Below, in pieces: positions 48,911 through 59,015 of a stretch of DNA of 64,000 nt. This stretch comes from an uncultured delta proteobacterium (lineage in GTDB: Bacteria; Myxococcota; B64-G9): positions 608,001 to 672,000 of the forward strand of contig CAVWHX010000003.1 in the NCBI GenBank assembly GCA_963754925.1, in the 5' to 3' direction. The notes beneath the pieces are model-generated. The model did not search any database, was not told the origin of the DNA, and saw only the letters and a program-made list of their open reading frames with translations. Each line of letters opens with the position of its first letter. The stretch's first letter is position 1. Position numbers and translations under genes: made by a program.

Positions 48911-50427
48911 ATCGGGAATATGATGCAATCATCATCGGCTCGGGAGCGGGTGGCGGCACGGTCGCCGAAAAACTGGCACCGCTCGCCCGCGCCGGAGCGA
49001 AAATAGCCGTACTCGAGGAAGGGCCGTATTACACACACGAATTTTTAACCCAACGCGAAATCGAGATGTATGATATCTACCGCCACCGCGGCGCTTGGCC
49101 GTTACAAAACGGTTCTATAACACTGGCGGCGGGTAAGGCGGTAGGCGGCAGCACATTGATGTACACCGGTGTTACCTTCAGAATGCCGGATGAGGTAATC
49201 GACGAGTGGTCAATCCCCGGCATCACCCCCGACGATCTCAGGCCCCGATTCGATCGCATCGAACGCGCGATCAACGTCATCGAACCGGGGGAGGATATGA
49301 TCAACGACAACAATCGGCTTTTCAAAAGAGGGTGCGAACGTCTCGGATGGCCCGTAAAAAAGATCAGGCTCAATCTCAAAAATTGCAATCAAACCGGCTG
49401 TTGCAATACGAGGTGTTTTTGCAATCTTGGGTGTTCTTACGGCACCAAGCAAGGAACGCTCGAAGTTCAGCTTCCCCTGGCCGAAGCCGCGGGGATTGAG
49501 GTCATTCCTAACTGCGAGGTGCATACGCTATCCGAAAAAACCGTGCGTGCGCGCGTCTCCCCCGCCCCCCCGGGAACCAAGCCAGGACCATGGCCGTCGG
49601 GCGACATCGAAATGAGAGCGCAACGAATAATCCTTGCCGCCGGTTCCCCCGGCTCGCCCGCTGTGCTACTCAGATCGGGGTTTGCGAAACCATTTAAGAC
49701 GCTCGGAAAATACTTCACGCTGCATCCGGCGCTGACCGTATACGGCATTTATCCGGAAAAAATAAAAGGCTATCAAGGGATCCCGAAAACATTTTATACC
49801 GACGTGTTTACAGACAGCCACGACTACTACCTCGAGACCGCTTTTTACTATCCGTTTATCACCACCAAACACCTTGGCCTCTGGGGCGACGAACTCAACT
49901 ACGTGATGCGGCGGTACGATCAGCTTGCCTGTATCATCATTCTCAACCATGACCAAGCGAGCGTCAGCAACAGAATCACCGTATCGTCAGCCGGCGATAT
50001 CATCATGCGCTACACGCTATCGAAAGAATCGATACAGTCTCTCTGCCATGCACAGGCGCAGGCCGCCCGCATCTTTTTCTCAGCAGGCTGCGAGAAGGTG
50101 ATCATGCCTTGTGCCGATACACCGCTATTTGATAACAACGATCTAAAGGGTCAAACTCTGGAAGCATTTATAACCGAAAAAAACTTTAAGTCCGTGAAGT
50201 TTCCGTTATCTTCGGCGCACCCGCAAGGGGGATGCAGAATGGGGGTCGGCCCCGAGGATTCGGTCACCGACCAGTGGGGTCAGGTTCATGGTTGCCCATG
50301 GCTCTTTGTTGCCGATGCGAGCCTTTTTCCAATGTCTTCTCACGTCAATCCGTATCTCACCATCATGGCGCTTGCCGACCGGGTCGGCGAACATCTGGTT
50401 GACACCAAACACCACTGGTTACGGTGA
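48907..50427 (+). CDS. GMC-family FAD oxidoreductase
   Basis: IIGSGAGG, LEEG, VGGST, SAHPQGGCRMG, VADASLFP, NPYLTIMALA. Confidence 0.92.
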   Translation: MNREYDAIIIGSGAGGGTVAEKLAPLARAGAKIAVLEEGPYYTHEFLTQREIEMYDIYRHRGAWPLQNGSITLAAGKAVGGSTLMYTGVTFRMPDEVIDEWSIPGITPDDLRPRFDRIERAINVIEPGEDMINDNNRLFKRGCERLGWPVKKIRLNLKNCNQTGCCNTRCFCNLGCSYGTKQGTLEVQLPLAEAAGIEVIPNCEVHTLSEKTVRARVSPAPPGTKPGPWPSGDIEMRAQRIILAAGSPGSPAVLLRSGFAKPFKTLGKYFTLHPALTVYGIYPEKIKGYQGIPKTFYTDVFTDSHDYYLETAFYYPFITTKHLGLWGDELNYVMRRYDQLACIIILNHDQASVSNRITVSSAGDIIMRYTLSKESIQSLCHAQAQAARIFFSAGCEKVIMPCADTPLFDNNDLKGQTLEAFITEKNFKSVKFPLSSAHPQGGCRMGVGPEDSVTDQWGQVHGCPWLFVADASLFPMSSHVNPYLTIMALADRVGEHLVDTKHHWLR

Positions 50428-50649
50428 GTCCAACACCCATTGTCACAAGACGATTTTCACCGCCGCTGTGGGCCTGCCACTGCCCTATCGGGCGAGCCTG
50501 TTTTTTTACAATCACGTCAATCTGTAATACAATAGGCCTGTGTGTGTTTCTCTACCACGGTACGCCAGGAAATACAAATTAAGTAATCGGTTGGGTGGTA
50601 GGCGAGGAACCGTAAGCATTTTCTCGATCATTGGGTCAAGGAGTGTCTC

Positions 50650-53415
50650 ATGGCCCTAACGTATGATGAACTGCTCGAACGCACCGAATACCTCGAGAAG
50701 CGCGTACGAGAGCTTGAAGCAAGCAGCAGCGAACTTAAAGGGCTCGAGGATACGCTTCGTCTCAATCTCTACGAACTGATAGATAGTGAAGAGCGCTACC
50801 GGAGACTGGTTGAGATCGCACCCTATGGAATCGTCATCCACGCTGACGGAAAAATTCTTTTCATAAATTCCACTGCTCTAAAAATGGGCGGCTTTGACTC
50901 GCTCGACGAAGTTATCGGCGCTTCTATATTTGATATCGTCCATCCTGATTCGCGCGAGGATATCATCAACCGAATGGCGCACCAGTCTGAAACCGATACG
51001 AGCGAACCATACGCCATCAAGCTGCATAACAAGGATGGCGGCTATCTCTATGCAGAGGCCGTCTCGGTTACCACGCAGTTTGAAGGAAAAAATGCGGCAA
51101 TGGTGTTTTTGCGTGACATCACCGAGCAACGGAAGGCTGAAGAAGCCCTGCGCTTGAGTGAAGAAAAATATCGTATGGTTTTCGAGCATGCACCGGTCGG
51201 CGTAATTCATTTTGACCACCAAGGTGTCGTTACCGCCTGCAACGACAACTTTGTGAATATCATGGGATCACACCGGTCTGAAATCATCGGGATGAACCTG
51301 CTCGATCTTCCCGACCAACAATTCATCTCCGCGATCAGAAACACGATTCATGGAGAACTGGGTTATTACGAGGATGAATATCATTCAATCACCGCATCAA
51401 AAGTCACGCCGCTGAGGGCAGTCTTTGCCCCTATCAAATATGCCGATAGTCATTTTTTAGGGGGGGTCGGCATTATCGAAGACACCACCGAACGAAAAGC
51501 AGTGGTTAAGGCATTGCGTGATAGCGAAGCGCGATTTCGCAATCTCGTTGAGGCGGCGCCGTATGGAATAATCGTCCATGATCTCGACGCCAAGATCCTG
51601 TATATCAATCCGTATGGCATACTATTGGCCACCTACAAGAATCTTGAAGAAGCAATCGGCGAATCGGTTATACGCCGCATTCACCCTGATTCGCGAGCGG
51701 CGGTGATCAAACAGTTTCGAAAGCAGCTGGAAGACCGATTACCAACGCCGACGACTGAGGAAAAACTGATACGAAAAACCGGCGAGGTGCGTTACGGAGA
51801 AGTCACCTCAATGTTATCGCAGTACGAAGGGAAAGAAGCCGGGTATGCATTCTTTCATGACATAACCGACCGAAAGAATGCCGAGGACTTGCTGAAAGAC
51901 GAGCGCCGGCGCCTGACGGTAACCCTTCGCTCGATCGGGGATGGAGTCATTGCCACGGACGCCGAGGGAAACGTCGTTTTGCTCAATCAAGTCGCGGAAC
52001 AGCTCACGGGCTGGACTCAGGAGGAGGCTCTGGGCAACCATGTTGATACCGTGTTTCACATCGTCAACGAATTGTCCCGCAAGCGATGCGAGAGCCCCAT
52101 TGGAAAGGTTTTGCAAACGGGGTCCATCGTCGGGCACGAGGGCGCTCCCCTTCTGATCTCGAAGGACGGCACCGAACGGGTGACTGCTTACACCAGCGCG
52201 CCAATCAAGGACATAGACAACAGAATTATCGGTGTTGTTCTCGCTTTTAGGGACATTACCGAAAAACAGCGCATAGAGGCGGAGCTCCAGAAGTCTCAGC
52301 GGCTCGAATCGGTCGGTATCCTCGCGGGCGGGATTGCGCACGATTTCAATAACATACTCACGGCTATCGTCGGCAGCATCAATATGGCGAAAATGTACGA
52401 GGAACACAACGACATGGTCATCAAGATTCTCAACGAAGCCGAAAAAGCATCCTTTCGAGCTCGCGATCTCACTCAACAACTGTTGACCTTCTCCAAGGGA
52501 GGAATGCCGGTAAAAAAGATCACGGCGATCACCAATGTAATTAAAGACTCGGCGAATTTCGTTCTTCACGGTACGCGGGTACGCTGCGACTTTCATATAC
52601 CCGAGACCCTGTGGGCCGCCGAAGTCGATCCGGGCCAGATCGGCCAAGTAATTCAGAATATCGTCATGAATGCCGAACAGGCCATGCAGGACGGCGGCAT
52701 CATCCATATATATGCCGATAACAGGACAGTGACTGCGGATGAGATTCCGGCCTTGAAGGCCGGCAAGTATATCACGATCTCGATCGTCGACCACGGACGC
52801 GGCATTTCGCCGGATATAATTCCGAAGATTTTCGATCCGTATTTTACCACGAAGTCAAATGGCACCGGGCTGGGACTCACCATCGCCTACTCGATTATCA
52901 AAAAGCACGATGGCGGCATCGACGTTTCATCCAAAGTGAACGAAGGAACAACGATCACGATACATCTTCCCGCGTATGGGGAATACGCCCCTGAAAATGT
53001 CCTCACGGAGGAAGAAGCGTTTGTCGGCAAGGGTAAGATTCTTATTATGGACGACGAAGAGCTCATACGTAACGTCGTCCAAGAACTCCTCGGCAGGCTC
53101 GGCTATGAGGTTCAAACCGCTAATGACGGCACCGCGGCGATAGAGATTTACAAAAATGCGTTGCAAACGGACAACCCGTTTGACTTAGCCATACTCGACC
53201 TCACGGTCCCCGGCGGCATTGGAGGAAAAGAGTGCATTGAAACTCTGAAAAAGATACACCCCGGCGTCAAGGCGATTGTTTCGAGCGGCTACTCCAATAA
53301 TCCAATCATGTCCGAATATCGCCGCTATGGCTTCAGCGGAGTCATTGTAAAGCCATACCGGTTGTCCGATCTGATAGAAGTGTTACAAAAAAACCTTACG
53401 AACGGGAAACCATAG
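50650..53415 (+). CDS. Cytoplasmic hybrid histidine kinase with four PAS domains and receiver
   Basis: Repeated PAS (RDITE/HDITD), AGGIAHDFNN, FDPYFTTK..GTGLGL, ILIMDDE...LDLTVPGG...SSGY...KPY. Confidence 0.93.
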   Translation: MALTYDELLERTEYLEKRVRELEASSSELKGLEDTLRLNLYELIDSEERYRRLVEIAPYGIVIHADGKILFINSTALKMGGFDSLDEVIGASIFDIVHPDSREDIINRMAHQSETDTSEPYAIKLHNKDGGYLYAEAVSVTTQFEGKNAAMVFLRDITEQRKAEEALRLSEEKYRMVFEHAPVGVIHFDHQGVVTACNDNFVNIMGSHRSEIIGMNLLDLPDQQFISAIRNTIHGELGYYEDEYHSITASKVTPLRAVFAPIKYADSHFLGGVGIIEDTTERKAVVKALRDSEARFRNLVEAAPYGIIVHDLDAKILYINPYGILLATYKNLEEAIGESVIRRIHPDSRAAVIKQFRKQLEDRLPTPTTEEKLIRKTGEVRYGEVTSMLSQYEGKEAGYAFFHDITDRKNAEDLLKDERRRLTVTLRSIGDGVIATDAEGNVVLLNQVAEQLTGWTQEEALGNHVDTVFHIVNELSRKRCESPIGKVLQTGSIVGHEGAPLLISKDGTERVTAYTSAPIKDIDNRIIGVVLAFRDITEKQRIEAELQKSQRLESVGILAGGIAHDFNNILTAIVGSINMAKMYEEHNDMVIKILNEAEKASFRARDLTQQLLTFSKGGMPVKKITAITNVIKDSANFVLHGTRVRCDFHIPETLWAAEVDPGQIGQVIQNIVMNAEQAMQDGGIIHIYADNRTVTADEIPALKAGKYITISIVDHGRGISPDIIPKIFDPYFTTKSNGTGLGLTIAYSIIKKHDGGIDVSSKVNEGTTITIHLPAYGEYAPENVLTEEEAFVGKGKILIMDDEELIRNVVQELLGRLGYEVQTANDGTAAIEIYKNALQTDNPFDLAILDLTVPGGIGGKECIETLKKIHPGVKAIVSSGYSNNPIMSEYRRYGFSGVIVKPYRLSDLIEVLQKNLTNGKP

Positions 53416-53469
53416 ATCTTCACGCGTCCTTTCTATTCCTTCTGGTGAACAACCGCTCTTGATGTGCTC

Positions 53470-54487
53470 TTAAGCCTCCTCACCGATACTCACCATCGGC
53501 ATGTGATCACGGGTAGCGACCTCGATTTTGCCGAGCAGATCGCCGTTGGCGACCAGCATCTCCCGGACGGCCTCGCGTCCTTGGCCCAACCTCTCGCCTT
53601 GGTATGAAAACCAGGTTCCGCTCTTCTCGATGACACCGGCCTGCACTCCCAGGTTGAGCACCTCGCCAACCCGACAAATGCCGCTGCCATATAAAATATC
53701 AAACTCGACCGATCGAAACGGCGGGGCTAACTTATTTTTTACCACTTTAAACGCGGGTGCGGTTGCCAACCACCTCTTCGCCGTGCTTGATCTGCCCAAT
53801 TCTTCGGATATCCAACCGAATCGACGAGTAGAATTTAAGGGCATTGCCGCCGGTCGTGGTCTCTGGGTTGCCGAACATCACGCCGATTTTTTGCCGGATC
53901 TGGTTGATGAAGAGCACCGTTGCCTGTTGCTTGCTGACTTGCGCGGTGAGTTTGCGCAGCGCTTGGCTCATCAACCGAGCCTGCAAACCCATATGGGCAT
54001 CGCCCATCTCGCCTTCGATCTCGGCGCGCGGCACCAACGCCGCCACTGAGTCGATAACCAGCATGTCCACGCCGCCGCTGCGAACCAAGGTCTCAACAAT
54101 CTCAAGCGCTTGTTCGCCGGTATCGGGTTGGCTGACCAGCAGCTCATCGACCGCAACCCCTAACCGGGCGGCATACCGTATATCCAGTGCGTGCTCGGCA
54201 TCGATAAAGGCGGCCACGCCCCCGGCCTTCTGGGCCTCGGCAATGGCGTGAAGCGCAAGCGTGGTCTTTCCCGACGATTCGGGCCCAAAGATCTCAACGA
54301 CCCGGCCGCGGGGGAATCCTCCGATCCCCACGGCCTGATCGAGCCCAAACGAGCCGGTCGGGATAACCGGCAAGGCTTCAAATCCTTGCTGATCGCCGAG
54401 GCACATGATTGCACCTTTGCCAAACTGTTTCTCGATGGTGGCGATGGCTGCCGCCACGGCCTTGAGCTTTTCCTTGATTTCGCCCAT
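53470..54487 (-). CDS. recA: Recombinase A, with a single-base frameshift near 53747 (probable sequencing indel)
   Basis: [55 protein letters not shown]...GTWFSY..ERLGQG continues in another frame. Confidence 0.95.
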
Positions 54488-54522
54488 GTGTTGCTCCTGT
54501 GTAATAACTTGTCTTCCAGCTT

Positions 54523-54551
54523 GTAGGGGCGGGTTTGAAACCCGCCCCTAC
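54523..54551. repeat. GTAG-type REP palindrome
   Basis: GTAGGGGCGGGTTT-G-AAACCCGCCCCTAC perfect inverted repeat between comM and recA. Confidence 0.75.
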
Positions 54552-54560
54552 CGTCTTCCC

Positions 54561-56132
54561 TCACCCCTCTCGCGCCCCGCGCTGTTTTACCGGTTGCGAG
54601 GCCAGCAGGGGCCGATCGAGACTTCGGTATTGAATCGCTTCCGCTAGGTGCTGCGTCTGGATCTCCTCGGAGTGTCCTAAATCAGCGATAGTCCGCGCCA
54701 CCTTGAGAATGCGAACAAAAGCCCGCGCCGAGAACCCCAAGCGCTTGACCGCATTCTCGAGAATAGTTTGCTCGGAGATTCGCAGCCGGCAGGTTCGCTG
54801 CGCCACGGCCGTCGGCATTTGGGCATTGCAGCGCACCCCCGGCAGCTTGCAAAAACGCTCTAATTGGATGTCGCGCGCCTGTATCACCCGGGCTCGGATG
54901 GCGGCGGAAGATTCAGAAACCGCGGCCGTCATCAGATCGCGACAGGGTACCCCCGGCACGTCAACTTGAATATCAATCCGATCGAGCAGCGGCCCCGAGA
55001 TCTGGTTGCGGTAATGGTGAACGGCCGTCGGCGTGCACCAACACTGGCGTGTCGGATCGGTTAGGTAACCGCATGGACAGGGATTCATTGCCGCCACCAG
55101 CATCAATTTGGCGGGAAACGATACCGTCATCCGGGCTCGGGCAATGGTGACGACATGATCCTCCAATGGTTGGCGCAGCACCTCCAGGACGTTGCGGCGG
55201 AACTCAGGCAACTCGTCCAGAAACAGCACCCCGTTGTGCGCCAGCGAGACTTCGCCCGGCCGCGGAATCGTTCCCCCGCCGACGAGGCCGGCGTCCGAGA
55301 CGGTATGGTGCGGCGCGCGAAAGGGCCGCGCACCGATAAGGGCTGTGCCGTTACGCACCAGCCCAAGAATCGAATAGACTTTCGTCGTCTCGATCGCTTC
55401 TTCGAACTGCAAGGGCGGCAAGATGGTGGGCAACCGCCGGGCCAGCATGGTCTTGCCCGAGCCCGGCGGCCCGACCATCAACAAATTATGCCCGCCGGCT
55501 GCCGCTACTTCGAGGGCTCTTTTAACGTGCTGCTGGCCGCGCACCTCCGAAAAATCGACACTATAGGTTGATGCTTTCGCCAGCGCGTCGGCCGGATCGA
55601 CCTGCACCGGCTTCAAGCTGATCCGTCCGGTGAAGTATTCGATTACCTCTCGAAAGTTTGTTACCGGCAACACGGTTAGACTACTCACGACCGCTGCCTC
55701 CAAGGCGCAGCCGGCCGGGCATACCATATGCGTCAGCCCTTCTTTTTTGGCCATCACCGCCATGGACAGGGCGCCGGGGACCGACCGCACCTCGCCGTCC
55801 AACCCCAGCTCGCCAACCACCACGGTCGTGGAGACGACCTCGGGCAGCAACGACTCTGCGGTCGAGATCAGTCCCAACGCTATGGGAAGGTCGAAGGCGG
55901 TTCCGGTCTTGCGCAAATCGGCCGGCGCCAGGTTGACGGTTATGCGCCGCTGGGGAAACTCCATGCCGGAGTTCTTGAGCGCCGACTCCACGCGCACCCG
56001 GCTTTCCTTCACCGCGCCCTCGGCCAAACCGACAATAAAGAAGTTTGGCAAGCCCTTGGCCAAATCAACCTCAACATCAACCCGAATGGCGTCCACCCCA
56101 ACCACGGTGGCGGAAAACACGCGCGCGATCAT
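54561..56132 (-). CDS. comM: ComM/YifB Mg-chelatase-like AAA+ ATPase
   Basis: IVGLAEGAVKESR, NLAPADLRK, GPPGSGKTM, RAPHH, LAHNGVLFLDE, AMNPCPCG, SGPLLDRID. Confidence 0.93.
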   Translation of the reverse strand: MIARVFSATVVGVDAIRVDVEVDLAKGLPNFFIVGLAEGAVKESRVRVESALKNSGMEFPQRRITVNLAPADLRKTGTAFDLPIALGLISTAESLLPEVVSTTVVVGELGLDGEVRSVPGALSMAVMAKKEGLTHMVCPAGCALEAAVVSSLTVLPVTNFREVIEYFTGRISLKPVQVDPADALAKASTYSVDFSEVRGQQHVKRALEVAAAGGHNLLMVGPPGSGKTMLARRLPTILPPLQFEEAIETTKVYSILGLVRNGTALIGARPFRAPHHTVSDAGLVGGGTIPRPGEVSLAHNGVLFLDELPEFRRNVLEVLRQPLEDHVVTIARARMTVSFPAKLMLVAAMNPCPCGYLTDPTRQCWCTPTAVHHYRNQISGPLLDRIDIQVDVPGVPCRDLMTAAVSESSAAIRARVIQARDIQLERFCKLPGVRCNAQMPTAVAQRTCRLRISEQTILENAVKRLGFSARAFVRILKVARTIADLGHSEEIQTQHLAEAIQYRSLDRPLLASQPVKQRGAREG

Positions 56133-56279
56133 TCACGCTCCCTTCAGCCGCACCTTCTAAAGCAAAGACCGTACCAGTACCGTGAATGATCACTGAGTGG
56201 TGGTTGTTCAATTAGTTACAACATGGAGACCCAGACTGGATTTACCTGAGGTGTCCGAAAACCGGACACACTCGGTCCA

Positions 56280-56325
56280 GACCGGATACATAGGTAACAG
56301 AATAGACCGGGAACATAGGTAACAC
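56280..56325. mobile_element. Isolated IS481-type terminal repeat remnant
   Basis: Two tandem copies of GACCGG(AT/GA)ACATAGGTAACA (minus strand TGTTACCTATGT..CCGGTC); no transposase nearby. Confidence 0.45.
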
Positions 56326-56371
56326 TTATAGGGCTGGTTAAGGAGGCTCCACAATTATGCCGACGGGGACA

Positions 56372-56413
56372 TCTAGACAATAATAAAACTATTTTTATAT
56401 TTCCGTCAGTTGT
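56372..56413. repeat. 42-bp imperfect direct repeat, copy 1
   Basis: TCTAGACAATAA-N8-TTTTTATATTTCC..AGTTGT; 35/42 identical to 57448-57489. Confidence 0.7.
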
Positions 56414-56528
56414 CGGTTGGGTCCGCCTGAATTCGATGGAAAATGGAGAAAATCGACATAAAAGGTTTGAAGCGAGCATATGCTGGATGAATCCACGCGT
56501 TGGTTTGGGCGTGGGGTCGGGATGCCCA

Positions 56529-57320
56529 TCAATTGTTCTTGCGAAATTGGGCGATCTGCCGGGAAATGGCGATGAGATTGCCTGCTTCGTCCCACATTTC
56601 TCCATCAGACTCCAGCAGGCCGCAGGTAATAAACCGGGTCCTGAATTGGCCCTTGAGCCATCTCGTTTGAGGAATCTTTCTCACATTCACCGTAAGCTCT
56701 ATCGTCGGCACCCAGCCCATCATCCCCTGGCTGGTAAAAACGGGAGGTGGAAACGCATCCATAAACATCAAAACTGACAACAAGTCGAAAGGACGTTCGT
56801 CTCTAAAGGTAATCCAGCCCTTCATTTCGGATCGGTCTGTAAGTTTGCCCAACATCCATCCGGCGCACGCGGGGTCAAGACGTATGTCCACCTGATTGAG
56901 GATGGTCAAGGCGGGAAATTCGGGAGCGGCTACACATTCTTCCAACGGGGATATCGGCGGTATGGATGATTCATACCTTTCTATGAAGCAGTCGATTTTT
57001 TCGTCCGCAAAGGTGCCGAGCGATCGCACCCTTTCTTTACCCTCTTGGTTCAGCTTGGCCTGGAAACGATTGAATTGCGTCGAACGCGAAAACTCCTCCA
57101 CGGAAAGATCCGCCGCCCCGGGGGTACACCGCGAAAAATAATTAGTCGTTACTATGGGCGTTGATCTCTTATCGCTATGCTGAAGCATGGCGTTAGCCAG
57201 TATGGCCAGGATGTATCCCCCGTTGGGAATGCCGTTTATCGACCAGTTATCGGTAATGTTCCCGGTAAAGCGGGTCCGTTCCCGCTCAGTCAAAGAGATG
57301 TCTCTGTCAAATAGGTGCAT
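56529..57320 (-). CDS. Acyl-CoA thioesterase family protein (double hot-dog fold)
   Basis: WSINGIPNGGY, DAFPP, WVPTIELTV, DGEMWD..G.LIA.SRQ. Confidence 0.85.
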   Translation of the reverse strand: MHLFDRDISLTERERTRFTGNITDNWSINGIPNGGYILAILANAMLQHSDKRSTPIVTTNYFSRCTPGAADLSVEEFSRSTQFNRFQAKLNQEGKERVRSLGTFADEKIDCFIERYESSIPPISPLEECVAAPEFPALTILNQVDIRLDPACAGWMLGKLTDRSEMKGWITFRDERPFDLLSVLMFMDAFPPPVFTSQGMMGWVPTIELTVNVRKIPQTRWLKGQFRTRFITCGLLESDGEMWDEAGNLIAISRQIAQFRKNN

Positions 57321-57447
57321 AATGAATTCCTCTCATCATCGGCTTACGTTCGTTCCCGCGTTAGTTGAAAACTAAGTTCGAATCATCGCCATGTCAACGA
57401 TTGGGTCAGACTACCAGTTCAAACAAGAAATAATAATGAGGGACAGG

Positions 57448-57489
57448 TCTAGACAATAACGAAGCGGTTTTTATATTTCCATTAGTTGT
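57448..57489. repeat. 42-bp imperfect direct repeat, copy 2
   Basis: Homologous to 56372-56413. Confidence 0.7.
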
Positions 57490-57583
57490 TGTTTCTGACG
57501 GTTCTATTGGTTGAGGACTCGTTCCCGGAGCTTCTTGAAAGCATAGGGTTTTAAGCAATTCGGAAGCCGGTAGAGCAGCTCAT

Positions 57584-58069
57584 ATGACACGACCTCCTGA
57601 AGTTAGTTGGCCAGATCGCTACCACCCACGCAATTGCCCTATTCATGTTCGAAACGAATTGGATATGAATGCCGCCCCAGAAAAAGTGTGGGCATGGTTG
57701 ATTCGCGCCACACTCTGGCCCACCTGGTACGTAAATTCCGCGAATATCAAAATCCTCGACGGGACCGGATCAAATCTCCAGAAGGGCACTCGATTCCGTT
57801 GGAAGACATTCGGCGTGACGCTCATCTCTACGGTGCATGAGTATGTTCCTGTTGAGCGTATCGCGTGGGACGCTCATGCTTTTGGCGTCGACGCTTACCA
57901 TGCGTGGGTTTTGAGACCATCCGCCCGTGGATGCCATGTGCTGACCGAAGAGACACAGCACGGTTGGCTTGCAAGACTTGGCAAGCTGTTCATGCCCAAT
58001 CGGATGTATACGTATCATCAGTTGTGGCTTGAGGGCCTCGCGGCTAAAGCTCGCGACGGGTTACCCTAA
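57584..58069 (+). CDS. SRPBCC/START-like (polyketide cyclase) family protein
   Basis: APEKVW..L....WPTWY, GTRFRWKTFG, V.EY.P..RIAW, AYHAW, TEETQ. Confidence 0.85.
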   Translation: MTRPPEVSWPDRYHPRNCPIHVRNELDMNAAPEKVWAWLIRATLWPTWYVNSANIKILDGTGSNLQKGTRFRWKTFGVTLISTVHEYVPVERIAWDAHAFGVDAYHAWVLRPSARGCHVLTEETQHGWLARLGKLFMPNRMYTYHQLWLEGLAAKARDGLP

Positions 58070-58105
58070 GCCGCGTTACCAGATGCTCCCGCGGATGATA
58101 TTTCA

Positions 58106-58900
58106 CTAGTTCAATTCATTGCGAATGATTTGGTAAAACGTATCTCGCGCTTCGCATTCATTCCAAGGCTTGTGGCCGCAATTGTTGAGCAGAACGAATC
58201 GAAAATTTTTAATAGTCGCTGACAGCGGCTTTTGCACTCCTTCGGCGGGATGGGGATCGTAATCCCCATGGAGCGCAACGACCGGGCAGCGTATCTGGCG
58301 TCCTAGTTCTAACAGCTCTCCGCTTTTTCGAAGTAGAGCGGCATCCTTCCACACGCCCTGATACATATTCACGTTGTAGTCAATTGGTTCGGATTCGCGT
58401 GTTATCGGATCGTACGCATCAGCTTTTGAAAGCAATTCCCCAAGCCGCGCAAACGCGGCGTTCCTGTTTTCAGCCGCCGGGTAATTGATGACTTCAACAA
58501 TGGAATTAATTTCGGTTTTATCGCCATCGCTGAGGCGACTTAAGCGAATTTCGGAAATTTGTGCCGCATATGCTTCTTCGAAGCAGGCGCTGCCGACGAG
58601 TACGAGCTTTTTTATCAGGTCGGGATACTTGGCGGTGACCAAGTAACTGAGCCACGCTCCCCAGGAAAAACCGATCAGAATAACGGGAAGGGCCGCGTTG
58701 TTTTCTAAAACAGTTTTTAGCTCTTCAATTTGTCCCGCGAGCGTTACCGCAGTTTGCAGCGGTTCCAAAACACCGACATCAGCGGAGAGTTCGAGTGCCA
58801 CCGGCGCCATCTCCCCGGCGGCGCCCGGACCGCCGTGAATCACCGCCACCCGAAACGGCGCCTTTCCATAGGTTCTAAGATTTTTCAAACACACCCCCAC
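58106..58900 (-). CDS. Alpha/beta hydrolase
   Basis: HGGPG, GFSWG, HGDYDPHP, CGHKPW. Confidence 0.88.
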   Translation of the reverse strand: MGVCLKNLRTYGKAPFRVAVIHGGPGAAGEMAPVALELSADVGVLEPLQTAVTLAGQIEELKTVLENNAALPVILIGFSWGAWLSYLVTAKYPDLIKKLVLVGSACFEEAYAAQISEIRLSRLSDGDKTEINSIVEVINYPAAENRNAAFARLGELLSKADAYDPITRESEPIDYNVNMYQGVWKDAALLRKSGELLELGRQIRCPVVALHGDYDPHPAEGVQKPLSATIKNFRFVLLNNCGHKPWNECEARDTFYQIIRNELN

Positions 58901-59015
58901 CTCGAACCCGTCGACTCATAACCATCCGACAACGCTCTTATAGCGCCAGTACTGCGAGAGGTCAAATCGAGCCACCGTTGACACCATTTTGCCGACTCTG
59001 GTAAATTCTCCGGTT

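Noticed and set aside
53744..53753. Programmed frameshift in recA (GTT TAA, TTTAAAG heptamer)
   Set aside because: The heptamer is not in the reading frame for -1 slippage, +1 re-pairing from GUU to UUU is poor, and similar indels occur in unrelated genes.
54561..56132. Integrative element inserted in comM
   Set aside because: comM is intact and no integrase is present.
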